From Octopus sinensis (lineage: Eukaryota), in the NCBI RefSeq assembly GCF_006345805.1, contig NC_043005.1, positions 65,038,001-65,102,000 on the forward strand: a DNA stretch of 64,000 nt, read 5' to 3'. Every line of letters begins with the position of its first letter. Position 1 is the first letter of the stretch. Of the stretch, positions 25,427-37,155 are shown in pieces. The notes under the pieces are model-generated. The model had not been told where the DNA came from, made no database searches, and saw only the letters and a list, made by a program, of their open reading frames with translations. Made by a program: the position numbers and the translations under genes.

Positions 25427-28400
25427 CATTATTGGTGAATTGAAGAAATGGAGCTGAACGCAGATTGAACAGAAATCGTTTTATTTCATTCTACACGTGT
25501 TTCGAAAGGCACAAATTACCAAAATCCGATTGAATAATGGGACCATATTGTGTCTTTCTCTTCAGGAAGAAAAAAGGAAATCCGTTGGAAAAACAAAAAC
25601 AGAACAGAGGCAGAGCAAAAAACAAATCGAACTGTGCTCCTAAGAGCCCATGGCGAAATGTTTATCAGTGTATGTTGAGAGAACCGGTGGCTGAAGAATT
25701 CAACAGGTCAGGCATCGGTCAAACATGTGGGTGAGGGTGTATAGATGTTCTTTGTGACCGAGAATAAAGTTCTGACTATTTAAATAATATTGGATGTTTT
25801 ATAAGGGGCGAGAAAAAAATCTACTTAGAGAGACGTGTGTGTGTATACTGTTCTATATATGTGTGTGTTGGCGAGGGGTAGAAAACATTTTTGTGTACGT
25901 GTGTGCGTTTGATCGTTCGGCTGTCAGTGGCTACTGCCGTGATAACCGTTGGGTGGCAGAAAGAAAAAAAATAAAGAAAAATTATATATATATATTTTAT
26001 GTTTTATGTGTGTGTGTGTGTGTTCATCTAAGCCTACCTTGACAAGGAAACCCCCCGCTGTGAAAAAACAAGCCCCGTTTGTCTTACAGGAGTAATTTCC
26101 CTTGCAGTGGTTAATTGTAGATATCTTAAAATCTATTTCAGAATTTGTTACCAAGGGCTATGGGTGCCGGTCTTATTTAAACGCTATTTAAAGGCCAGAT
26201 AAGTGTAACGCCGCCAATGGGGGCATCGAAAAGCCGACTGTAAAAGCCCGTTTAATCCGGCCTCTGGCAAACAAAATATGGAAGAGTTCGGAGACACAAA
26301 GGTTGCACTGTCTTCTGCCCCTATCAAATGGGAGGGCCACCGACAAAATTGACCATTCCAGCCTATAGCTTAAGTTCGCATCCCTCAGTCGCCATATTAG
26401 CTTACTGAGTCCCGTGGTCTGGCGCTTGTTCACGTCCCGAAAAGTTGCGTAATGGTTGGAGACACGCAAAGACAATCTTGAGGATGATGCCCCTATATAA
26501 GTGAAGGCATCTGAGTCCGTGTAAACCTTGCATTGGTAGACGGCGTTTTTGATCTTGGAGTTCGCCGACGTGAATCTTACTCTGCTAGGATTGGTTTCTG
26601 AAATTAGAACTGCGTTCCTGTCACTATATTCGTTCCGAGACCTGCAGCCGCTTACTACTCTATTTTCCACTACGTCACTATTAACTATAGGAATAACCCC
26701 TGATTCTCCACTATCTATCAGAGTGCTGTCATTGCTACTGCCCGTGGTACTGCTATTGCGGGAAATGATGCTGGGGATGCTAAGGGGCTCTCTACCCTAC
26801 TCCCATTGTTACCATCAACCACAACACCCCTATTTATAACTATACCCCTAGTGGGTACTCCCTGGCTGGAGCTGAGATTATGTCACTGTACTGGCTCTCA
26901 TATCATTATTACTACTATAATTATTCCTACTGAGCATTAAACCGGGAGCGGAAGAGGCTGTGCCTCCGGAAAAAGGTGATAGGGTCTTAGTAAGTAGCCT
27001 ATTATTATGGGAGGCGATTATCTGGGGCGAGGTTTTTAGTGTTGGAGAAAGCTATCCTAACTTTATGTGAGTTAACCGTGGAGTAATTTGGAATTTCTGG
27101 GGAAGTTATTGCGATGGCTTGTCTAAACATGAGGGGGAGGTTAGTTCTAATCTGCTTACCAAAGGGGATTACAAACCATATATGCTTATTCCTATCAGTG
27201 TGATGGGTCGGGCGCCAGCTCTCGCATTTGGGTGGGTGATTCTCGGATGAATAACGGGTCTTGGGTTAGTGTAAGACCTCCCGGACCGATAATTATCCTT
27301 GTTCGCTAAATTTAAAGCGGGAGCGACTACCCCGGTATCCGCCGCGCTCCCGTCCTTACTTAAAATGTTAATGTTATTATATACGGCCCTATCCTGATGA
27401 CCGAATGATGGCATCGGAAGGGCCGGATCATATAAATTACCTTCTGCCTATAACCGGCCTTGGATAGTGCGGCGTTATAAAAATCCGCTTTCTGCATAAA
27501 AATATCGGCACTGGCGGACAGGCCAGACAATCTTAGAGAGATGTTTTTAACCAAATTGTCTGTTACGGTTTTGGCATGATTTGAGAAGACACTGACATAC
27601 TTCAAATTAGTGGAAGGCTTATGGTAAGGGCAGTATGAGTCGCTATTAAGGTTAAGTGTAACGTCTAGGAAATTAGCCTTGGTGAGTTCGTTATCAAAAA
27701 CTATACTCATGCCCATTCTATTAAAAAACCTAGCTAACCTGCTCTTAGTTTTCTGCACTATTCTGTTCGTGGTGTTTTGCAGGTAAAACAGACAATCGTC
27801 ACGATACAGGCCGCCCGCGATTCCGGGAATTGATCGGACAATCGTAGAGAGAGAATATAATTCCGACCAAATCGGCTATCTGCGCACTATCCGAACTACC
27901 CATAGGCACATCAAATTCATTGGGAGTATCCTTACGGATCCACAGCTTATTATCAAACTTAATAAACGATTTCCTGGCAACTAAAATGATATCTATCTCT
28001 TCTCTGGTGAGGCCTGCCTTGTTGTGAGCATGCCAGAGGGCCTTATTTAGCACACTAGGTTAATCGAGGGGTAGAAGCTGGCGATATCAAACTGAATGAA
28101 CCTAGTACGGTTCTTATTGGGGATGGGAGAGAACCACTTCACTACCTGCGAGGAGTTGGCCCAGAGGCTGAGCTTCAGCTTGTTACTAAACTAGGGATAT
28201 ATTTATCTAAAATGTACTTACTGATTATCCCGATATCAGATCTAGCAGGGCATATGAGTCTTAGCGCTGGGTTGGTGTGGAAGTTAGGTTTATGGTCCTT
28301 CACTATAAATCTGGGTTGCTTGGGGCTAAGCGGCTGAGTTCTCATTTGAATTCGGTGTTTAAATATTATATCCTTAATTTCCAAGTTTACCTTCCTCAGG

Positions 28401-28819
28401 GTACTCCAATTGGTTTTCTATAATTTTTCTTGATCTCTTTACCGAGTAATCTAGGTACTGCTTAATGGGATCTTGTATGTGTTCCTGGTCTTGTCGGACT
28501 GGACCAGGACTCCGTCCGTTCTATTAATGTCCTTGGTAATTTTATCTAGGTATCTGAGGTGGGCATTTCTCCTGGGTGACTTCCTGAACTTAATCTTTCT
28601 AACTATGTCCCACAAGTCGTCCTCAAACTTCTTCAGTCTTGGGTTCGGTGGCGGCGTATCCAATGTTTTAAAAAGCCGGCCGTATTCGGACGATGCAGTT
28701 GTCGGTTCGATTTTAGATCTTCGTTCTCGTGGAAGAAAATGAGCCATCTTATCCGGTTTATGAATGCGTTGGTTTTACAAACCAACTCCTTAAGGAAGGC
28801 ATCCTTTGGTGGTATAGGA
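25425..28819 (-). mobile_element. Penelope-like element, left arm of palindrome (RT, C-terminal GIY-YIG, pseudo-LTR with HHR)
   Basis: PIPPKDAF..FINRIRW, LKKFEDDL, QSDKTRN, KDHKPNF..RLICPARSDIG, FIQFDIASFYPSI, FDVPMGSSDSAQIADLVG, GLYRDD, NFLDVTLNL, VYQC..YIG..R..NH, CNLCVSE. Single-base indels break the frame. Confidence 0.95.
25484..25572 (-). ncRNA. Type I hammerhead ribozyme, intact core (left arm, sense to the host GPCR)
   Basis: tttcttc-CUGAAGA-gaaagacac...gtgcctttc-GAAA-CACGUG-UA|gaatgaaa. Predicted GUA cleavage between 25492 and 25491. Confidence 0.8.
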
Positions 28820-30527
28820 CATAGTTAGAAAGATTAAGTTCAGGAAGTCACCAGGAGAAATGCCCACCTCAGATACCTAGATAAAATTACAAGGACATTA
28901 ATAGAACGGACGGAGTCCTGGTCCAGTCCGACAAGACCAGGAACACATACAAGATGCCCATTAAGCAGTACCTAGATTTACTCGGTAAAGAGATCAAGAA
29001 AAATTATAGAAAAACCAATTGGAGTACCCTGAGGAAGGTAAACTTGGAAATTAAGGATATATATTTAAACACCGAATTCAAATGAGAACTCAGCCGCTTA
29101 GCCCCAAGCAACCCAGATTTATAGTGAAGGAACCATAAACCTAACTTCCACACCAACCCAGCGCTAAGACTCATATGCCCTGCTAGATCTGATATCGGGA
29201 TAATCAGTAAGTACATTTTAGATAAATATATCCTAGTTTAGTAAACAAGCTGAAGCTCAGCCTCTGGCCAACTCCTCGCAGGTAGTGAAGTGGTTCTCTT
29301 CCATCCCCAATAAGAACCGTACTAGGTTCATTCAGTTTGATATCGCCAGCTTCTACCCCTCGATTAACCCTAGTGTGCTAAATAAGGCCCTCTGGCATGC
29401 TCACAACAAGGCAGGCCTCACCAGAGAAGAGATAGATATCATTTTAGTTGCCAGGAAATCGTTTATTAAGTTTGATAATAAGCTGTGGATCCGTAAGGAT
29501 ACTCCCAATGAATTTGATGTGCCTATGGTAGTTCGGATAGTGCGCAGATAGCCGATTTGGTCGGAATATATATCTCTACGAATTGTCCGATCAATTCCCG
29601 GAAATCGCGGGCGGCCTGTATCGTGACGATTGTCTGTTTTACCTGCAAAACACCACGAACAGAATAGTGCAGAAAACTAAGAGCAGGTTAGCTAGGTTTT
29701 TTAATAGAATGGGGGGCATGAGTATAGTTTTTGATAACGAACTCACCAAGGCTAATTTCCTAGACGTTACACTTAACCTTAATAGCGACTCATACTGCCC
29801 TTACCATAAGCCTCCACTAATTTGAAGTATGTCAGTGTCTTCTCAAATCATGCCAAAACCGTAACAGACAATTTGGTTAAAAACATCTCTCTAAGATTGT
29901 CTGGCCTGTCCGCCAGTGCCGATATTTTTATGCAGAAAGCGGATTTTTATAACGCCGCACTATCCAAGGCCGGTTATAGGCAGAAGGTAATTTATATTGA
30001 TCCGGCCCTTCCGATGCCATCATTCGGTCATCAGGATAGGGCCGTATATAATAACATTAACATTTTAAGTAAGGACGGGAGCGCGGCGGATACCGGGGTA
30101 GTCGCTCCCGCTTTTAATTTAGCGAACAAGGATAATTATCGGTCCGGGAGGTCTTACACTAACCCAAGACCCGTTATTCATCCGAGAATCACCCACCCAA
30201 ATGCGAGAGCTGGCGTCCCGACCCATCACACTGATAGGAATAAGCATATATGGTTTGTAATCCCCTTTGGTAAGCAGATTAGAACTAACCTCCCCCTCAT
30301 GTTTAGACAAGCCATCGCCAATAACTTCCCCAGAAATTCCAAATATTACTCCACGGTTAACTCACATAAAGTTAGGATAGCTTTCTCAACACTAAAAACC
30401 TCGCCCAGATAATCGCCTCCCATAATAATAGGCTACTTACTAAGACCCTATCACCTTTTTCCGGAGGCACAGCCTCTTCCGCTCCCGGTTTAATGCTCAG
30501 TAGGAATAATTTAGTAGTAATAATGAT

Positions 30528-31250
30528 ATGAGAGCCAGTACAGTGACACATAATCTCAGCTCCAGCCAGGGAGTACCCACTAGGGGTATAGTTATAAATA
30601 GGGGTGTTGTGGTTGATGGTAACAATGGGAGTAGGGTAGAGAGCCCCTTTAGCATCCCCAGCATCATTTCCCGCAATAGCAGTACCACGGGCAGTAGCAA
30701 TGACAGCACTCTGATAGATAGTGGAGAATCAGGGGTTATTCCTATAGTTAATAGTGACGTAGTGGAAAATAGAGTAGTAAGCGGCTGCAGGTCTCGGAAC
30801 GAATATAGTGACAGGAACGCAGTTCTAATTTCAGAAACCAATCCTAGCAGAGTAAGATTCACGTCGGCGAACTCCAAGATCAAAAACGCCGTCTACCAAT
30901 GCAAGGTCTACACGGACTCAGATGCCTTCACTTATATAGGGGCATCATCCTCAAGATTGTCTTTGCGTGTCTCCAACCATCACGCAACTTTTCGGGACGT
31001 GAACAAGCGCCAGACCACGGGACTCAGTAAGCTAATATGGCGACTGAGGGATGCGAACTTAAGCTATAGGCTGGAATGGTCAATTTTGTCGGTGGCCCTC
31101 CCATTTGATAGGGGCAGAAGACAGTGCAACCTTTGTGTCTCCGAACTCTTCCATATTTTGTTTGCCAGAGGCCGGATGGTAAACGGGCTTTTACAGTCGG
31201 CTTTTCGATGCCCCCATTGGCGGCGTTACACTTATCTGGCCTTTAAATAG
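30528..31250 (+). CDS. PLE linker plus GIY-YIG endonuclease (open 240-aa segment)
   Basis: AVYQCKV...YIGASS..LRVSNHHATF...LSKLIWRLR...LEWSIL...QCNLCVSE...CPH. Confidence 0.85.
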   Translation: MRASTVTHNLSSSQGVPTRGIVINRGVVVDGNNGSRVESPFSIPSIISRNSSTTGSSNDSTLIDSGESGVIPIVNSDVVENRVVSGCRSRNEYSDRNAVLISETNPSRVRFTSANSKIKNAVYQCKVYTDSDAFTYIGASSSRLSLRVSNHHATFRDVNKRQTTGLSKLIWRLRDANLSYRLEWSILSVALPFDRGRRQCNLCVSELFHILFARGRMVNGLLQSAFRCPHWRRYTYLAFK

Positions 31251-31856
31251 CGTTTATAAATAAGACCGGCACCCATAGCCCTTGGTAACAAATTCTGAAA
31301 TAGATTTAAGATATCTACAATTAACCACTGCAAGGGAAATTACTCCTGTAAGACAAACGGGGCTTGTTTTTTCACAGCGGGGGGTTTCTTGTCAAGGTAG
31401 GCTTGATGAACACACACACACACACATAAAACATAAAATATATATATATAATTTCTTTATTTTTTTCTTTCTGCCACCCAACGGTTATCACGGCAGTAGC
31501 CACTGACAGCCGAACGATCAAACGCACACACGTACACAAAAAATGTTTTCTACCCCTACGCCAACACACACATATATAGAACAGTATACACACACACACG
31601 TCTCTAAGTAGATTTTTCTCGCCCCTTATAAAACATCCAATATTATTTAAATAGTCAGAACTTTATTCTCGGTCACAAAGAACATCTATACACCCTCACC
31701 CACATGTTTGACCGATGCCTGACCTGTTGAATTCTTCAGCCACCGGTTCTCAACATACACTGATAAACAGTTTCGCCATGGGCTCTTAGGAGCACAGTTC
31801 GATTTGTTTTTTGCTCTGCCTCTGTTCTGTTTTTGTTTTTCCAACGGATTTCCTTT

Positions 31857-31944
31857 TTTCTTCCTGAAGAGAAGACACAATATGGTCCCATTATTCAATC
31901 GGATTTTGGTAATTTGTGCCTTTCGAAACACGTGTAGAATGAAA
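31857..31944 (+). ncRNA. Type I hammerhead ribozyme, intact core (right arm)
   Basis: CTGAAGA 31864-31870, GAAA 31925-31928, palindromic CACGTG, GTA cleavage after 31936, helix I tttcttc/gaatgaaa. Confidence 0.78.
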
Positions 31945-32390
31945 TAAAACGATTTCTGTTCAATCTGCGTTCAGCTCCATTTCTTCAATTCACCAATAAT
32001 GTTTTAATTTAAATTATCCGCACCAACGCACGGTTGCAACGCCAGATGGTTGTACCTCCAACCGTGCTGTTCACTGCTGTGATTTTTGCTACTAAGGTAT
32101 CGGTTTAACTTTTGATTAATCTAACAAGATTATTCATCTTTCTATTTCACATAAATTATATATATATATATATATATATAAATACATACCCATATATACA
32201 TACGTAAACATATACCCACATACATATGCATCCTTATACACATACATCAATACATATCCATACATAGATGCATGCATATACATATACATACACATACATA
32301 TGCACTAATACATATACATATATATATATATACATATATAGACACACACAGACACAAACACATATACATACATACATACATACATACATA

Positions 32391-32610
32391 CACGGTGGTG
32401 GTGACTGCTCCCTCGTTATCGAGTATGGCCATTGCACGAAGCTTAATCAGTGTTGTTATCGTGCAATTCCTGTGCAAGAAGATTTTTTTAAAGTGAGGAA
32501 AGGCTGTGAACTGAGTCAATCTCACTCACTAAGCAACAGCAGCCATAATCCGAAAAGAAGAACAAGTCAACATCATCGATAACCACTGAATCGTAGGTTT
32601 TATGTCATGC
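32391..32610. repeat. Unclassified dispersed repeat (copy 2)
   Basis: Direct-orientation homolog of 24836-25145, about 85 nt shorter, embedded in TACA repeats. Confidence 0.8.
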
Positions 32611-33000
32611 ATACATACATGCATATATACATACATACATACATACATACATACATACATACATACATACATACATACATACATACATACATACACACAC
32701 GCACACACACATATATTTAAGCACAATATGGGTTTAAATAGTTCGTTTCACAAACATGAACGTCCGTAAAAGTATTATCCTTTATAGCTTCGGCCAACCT
32801 AAATATTATGAGTTAAACCTGTTCCCGAAATTCTAAAGTGTATGTGTGTGTGTGTGCGCGTGTATGTGTGTGTATTATGTGTGTGTGTGTGTGTCTGTAT
32901 GTGTGTGTTCTTATATATACAAAAGCATATATTAAGTCGGAAAGTGAAATTTATGGTATTATATGTAGGTCGTTAGTTTTGAGTTATCTATATATGTATG

Positions 33001-33045
<45 letters not shown>

Positions 33046-33088
33046 TATTATATATATATATATAATATATATAACTCGTATATATCTT

Positions 33089-33413
33089 CGGCACTCCGTC
33101 GGGGTTTCGACCACGTGGGTTCCGTTGATCCGATCAACGGAACATCCTGCTCGTGAAGTTAACGTGCAAGTGGCCGAGCTCTCCACAGACATGTTTACCC
33201 TTAACGTAGTTCTCATGGAGTTTCAGCGTGACACAGATTGGGTCAAGGCCGGTCCTTCCAAATACAGGTACAACTCATTTTTGCCAGCCGAGTGAACTGG
33301 GACAACGTGAAATGAAGTGTCTTGCTCAAGGACACAACGCATTGCCGGGAATTGAACTCACGACTTTATGATCGTGAGCCGAATACTCTAACCACTAGGT
33401 CACGCGCCTTCAC
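33089..33413 (-). mobile_element. SINE family B (tail type 1)
   Basis: Co-linear with 21772-22097. Confidence 0.88.
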
Positions 33414-33423
33414 AACTCAGTTA

Positions 33424-33472
<49 letters not shown>

Positions 33473-33914
33473 ATATAATATAATATATGGAGACTTTATT
33501 GAATGAAGTTCTATAAATCCTATCAATTTTGTTAAAAATGGAGGTGACAAGTTGTTAAAATATATAAGAAATTTATATATCTTATATATCTTCTTAACTT
33601 GTCTCCTCCATTTTAAACAAAATTGATGGGATTTATAGAACTTCATTCCATAAAGTCTCAGTACAGCATATACAAATACTTCTTTCATATATTCGCAAAT
33701 TTACGCCTGTAAACTCTCAGCAAAGTATGAAGAATCAAAATTAGAAATCTTTTTGGAAAACCTCCAATTAAAGGAAGAGCCAGCATTCAACTTTTATACG
33801 TCAATATAACTCATACATACACATACACACACACACCACACAATATTATATATATAATATATATATATCTATATATATATATATCTATACATATATATAA
33901 TATGTATATATATA

Positions 33915-34043
33915 ACATTTAAATAATGAGAGAGATAAAGTGAATATTAATTTAATTAATATCAATTTAAAACCAGTAGCCTAGCATACAAAAATCTGAG
34001 AAATCAGAGAAAATTCTAACACATGTGTATATTAAGGGCTAAA

Positions 34044-34097
<54 letters not shown>

Positions 34098-34716
34098 TAT
34101 ATGTATATGTATATATATACATTTAAATAATGAGAGAGATAAATTGAATATTAATTTAATTAATATCAATTTAAAACCAGTAGCCTAGCATACAAAAATC
34201 TGAGAAATCAGAGAAAATTCTAACACATGTGTATATTAAGGGCTAAAAACCACTATGTGGACAGCAATATGCTAGAAATAGATCACCTACAATCAAACTT
34301 CAAAGAAAGAATGTTCTCTAGAGAAAATTCAGCGGACACCAGAACAATAGGCGGGCAAGACTGATGAAAATTATATAAAAATCAAGAATTAATCGTATAC
34401 CGGTTTCGTCTATTAACGAATCACTTAAACAATCTCTTCGTCCGTAGGACTCATCAGTACGATCGTTCCAAAAGCAACTAACCACCAGTAAAACTAACCA
34501 CCAGTTTTCTGTATAAAAACAGACACGTGCTTAGTTCTAACGATTACATTGGGGTTGATTTCAATTGTCTGAGTTCTGGCGCGCTAAATTCCAGAAACAA
34601 AATCTGCAGCAAATAATTTACTGCAGTTAATGATGCCTATAGAGAACATAATTATTTTACATTTAAATAATTAGGGAGATAAATTGAATATTAATTTAAT
34701 TAATATCAATTAAAAC
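33915..34716 (-). mobile_element. Non-coding, terminally redundant HHR-bearing repeat (PLE pseudo-LTR or retrozyme-like), period 540 bp
   Basis: acatttaaataa..agataaa.tgaatattaatttaattaatatcaatt recurs at 33915, 34119 and 34659. (TA)n lies between and around the copies. No ORF. Confidence 0.75.
34392..34463 (-). ncRNA. Type I minimal hammerhead ribozyme, intact core (sense to the host GPCR)
   Basis: atcgta-CUGAUGA-guc...gac-GAAA-C-CG-GUA|uacgau. Perfect 6-bp helix I and palindromic CCGG helix III. Predicted cleavage 34398/34397. Confidence 0.78.
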
Positions 34717-35392
34717 ATGTATAATATATATATATATATTATATATATATATATATAGATATATATATAGGAAACTACTTCGTTATCGAAACTCTCAGTT
34801 CGAGACCAAAGCAGTATACAAACAAAAAGATATTGCTTATGTGGTTGTTCTCTAAGAGACGACGATACTGCCGTTTAACCCTAGGAAGACATCTCCTTCA
34901 GCTGGTTTATTCAGTGCGCTCCTTGCATCTGTTGATCTCGAACAGAGATTTTTTTAACGGACTAGTTTCCTAGTTAGAAAATCAGTGATTGCATTACACT
35001 GTGTTTTCTATATATTGCAAGCGAGGTAAACTTCCGCCATTTCTGGCAATGAGAACCCACCAGCGAGGGGATCCACGTGGTTTGGTGGTCTTGAAGTCCG
35101 GGTGGCAGGAGTTATCTCCCGCTTGCAATAACGGGTGTGGGAAGCGCACTGAATAAACGGGCTGGAGAAAATGTCTTCTGACATGTTGTCTGTTAGAGGA
35201 CAGCCACATTAAACAATTCTATTTTGTAGTATATCCACCTTATAAGGGTATGCCTGTGTGTACATGAGTGCATTGATGTGTGCCTTGGTCAAACTCTTTT
35301 TGCCGGGCCCGAGGGGTATTGGTGGAAGATATTTGATGGAGGGATGAGGCAATAGACTTGCGGTTGCAATCATGGTGGGGGCGCGCAGTTAC

Positions 35393-35404
<12 letters not shown>

Positions 35405-35426
<22 letters not shown>

Positions 35427-37130
35427 GGCATTGGGTACCTTTTAAAATTGCTCTCTTCTCAGCCAGGCATAATATGCACTTCCTGCTGCTACTGAAGTAC
35501 GGTTTACATTTCGCTAGGATCTTCCGCTGTACTCCGTGGTGCTTTCTTTCAAAGCCCAGACGTTCTTGACTAGAGTTATAACGTTACGTCTCTCCGGGTC
35601 CTGAAGAGGCTGTCTATTGCCCACACATACTCACGCACGCTTGGTTGTCCATTGAGTCCTGTTGTTGTTACTTCCGCCTCGTAAACAACTGTCTTTGTAT
35701 TGCAGTGGCCGTTAAGTGGAGAAGTTGTGTTACTCCTGCATGAGCATCCTACCTCTTGCCTCGGGCGTGGGCCTAACTACTAAAATTTTTTTTTACACTA
35801 GATGCACAGCTAAAGGATAATCTCAAAGTATGTTTATTGAATATTTTGTTGAATTTATTGGTGCGGAAGAAGTGTCTACCAACTAAACTGAGGAAGATCT
35901 TACCTACTCTGGTCTTAATGTTTAAACAAAATAGCGGCATGGACCACAGTGGCGCTTTCTCTTGTGGGGGCGAGAGTTATGGTTTGGCATGTAAGTAATA
36001 TTATCCTTGAAGCCGCTGGCAGCCAGAGCCCGGTTATAGTACGTGGAGGCAGCATCAGAGATCTCTTTGCTTGAAGACAACCTGGCGTTTTCTCCTACTG
36101 ACGCCCTTAACCATATTCCTGAACACTGGATGGATGGCAGGGACCTGTGTTAACGTAAGACAACTTCTCGTTTGGTTTCCTAAAGGGCATATAGGCGCCA
36201 GATTCTAGGTCCAGGGTCACGCCAAGGAAATTTACTGTTTTCTGTTTGGGCTTTATAGTGACCTTTAGTCCGAGGGAGTTCATGGTACTTGTGAGGTCCA
36301 TTCTGAGCTAATGTGTGGCCGTTAGCGCCTCTTGGTATTGTCAGCGCATCGTTCCTGTGGAGATCAAAGCTAGCTGAAGGGAAATTCTCTTTTAGTGTAT
36401 CTCAGATGAAGAATCTGACTAGGTCACATACGTCTAGGAGCATCACATTAACAATACGTACCTTCCCCACATTAAGATATATTTCTTTACTGATCCACAA
36501 GGGGCTAAACATAGAGGGGGACAAATAAGGACAGACAAACGGATTAAGTCGAGTACATCGACCCAGTGCAAAACTGGTACTTTAATTATCGACCCCGAAA
36601 GGATGAAAGGCAAAGTCGACCTCGGCGGAATTTGAACTCAGAACGTAACGACAGACGAAATACCTATTTCTTTATTACCCACAAGGGGCTAAACACAGAG
36701 GGGACAAACAAGGACAGACATAGGTATTAAGTCGATTACATCGACCCAGTGCGTAACTGGTACTTAATTTATCGACCCCGAAAGGATGAAAGGCAAAGTC
36801 GACCTCGGCGGAATTTGAACTCACAACGTAATGCAGACGAAATACCGCTAAGCATTTCGCCCGGCGCGCTAACGTTTCCGCCAGCTCGCCGACCCAACCA
36901 AGGGACATAACTCCGAACCTAATCCTCTGGCCCGTTTTCGTTTCACCAGCTTCTTTTACACCAACCGCTGACCGGTTGTGTTAATCCACGTGCGACAATA
37001 GAGAACAGTCGCCATACACACTTCCGAGTGTAAAGTTAAAAATCCGATTGTTACCTAACACTCCATTGTATTCTTTGCGCGAAAGCGACTGGTAAGATCA
37101 GCTGTGATGGATATTTAATATATACATTTC
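35405..37130 (-). mobile_element. Old degraded PLE of the same broad type (RT, CxCR linker, GIY-YIG), split by a SINE dimer
   Basis: GSELCPLVG, VNFLGVTLDL..YMPFRKPN, CSCRSNTTSPLNGHC..VVYEAEV..EYV, VWALKE, RKCILCLAEKRAI. Confidence 0.85.
36476..36890 (-). mobile_element. Tandem dimer of SINE family C (Nin/Deu-domain-like)
   Basis: Head ggcgagctggc..gagttcaaattccgccg and central gaggtcgactttgcctttcatcctttcggggtcgat. The full copy is followed by a 5'-truncated copy. Confidence 0.88.
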
Positions 37131-37155
37131 GGATTATATATATATATATATATAT

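Larger units (their letters stand above)
28817..32155 (+). mobile_element. Penelope-like element, right arm of palindrome (5'-truncated ~200 nt more than the left arm)
   Basis: 28817-32003 is the near-exact reverse complement of 25425-28610. ORF pieces 29285, 29583, 29822 and 30528 give RT then GIY-YIG. A further ~150 nt runs to the (TA)n at 32156. Confidence 0.95.

Noticed and set aside
28451-28747. ORF MAHFLPRERR as the PLE start codon
   Set aside because: The homologous frame upstream is PIPPKDAF..FINRIRWLIFF. The ATG lies in a shifted frame and the element is 5'-truncated at the junction.
33915-34716. CRISPR-like repeat-spacer array
   Set aside because: The repeats are long, only three, irregularly spaced and in a eukaryotic context.
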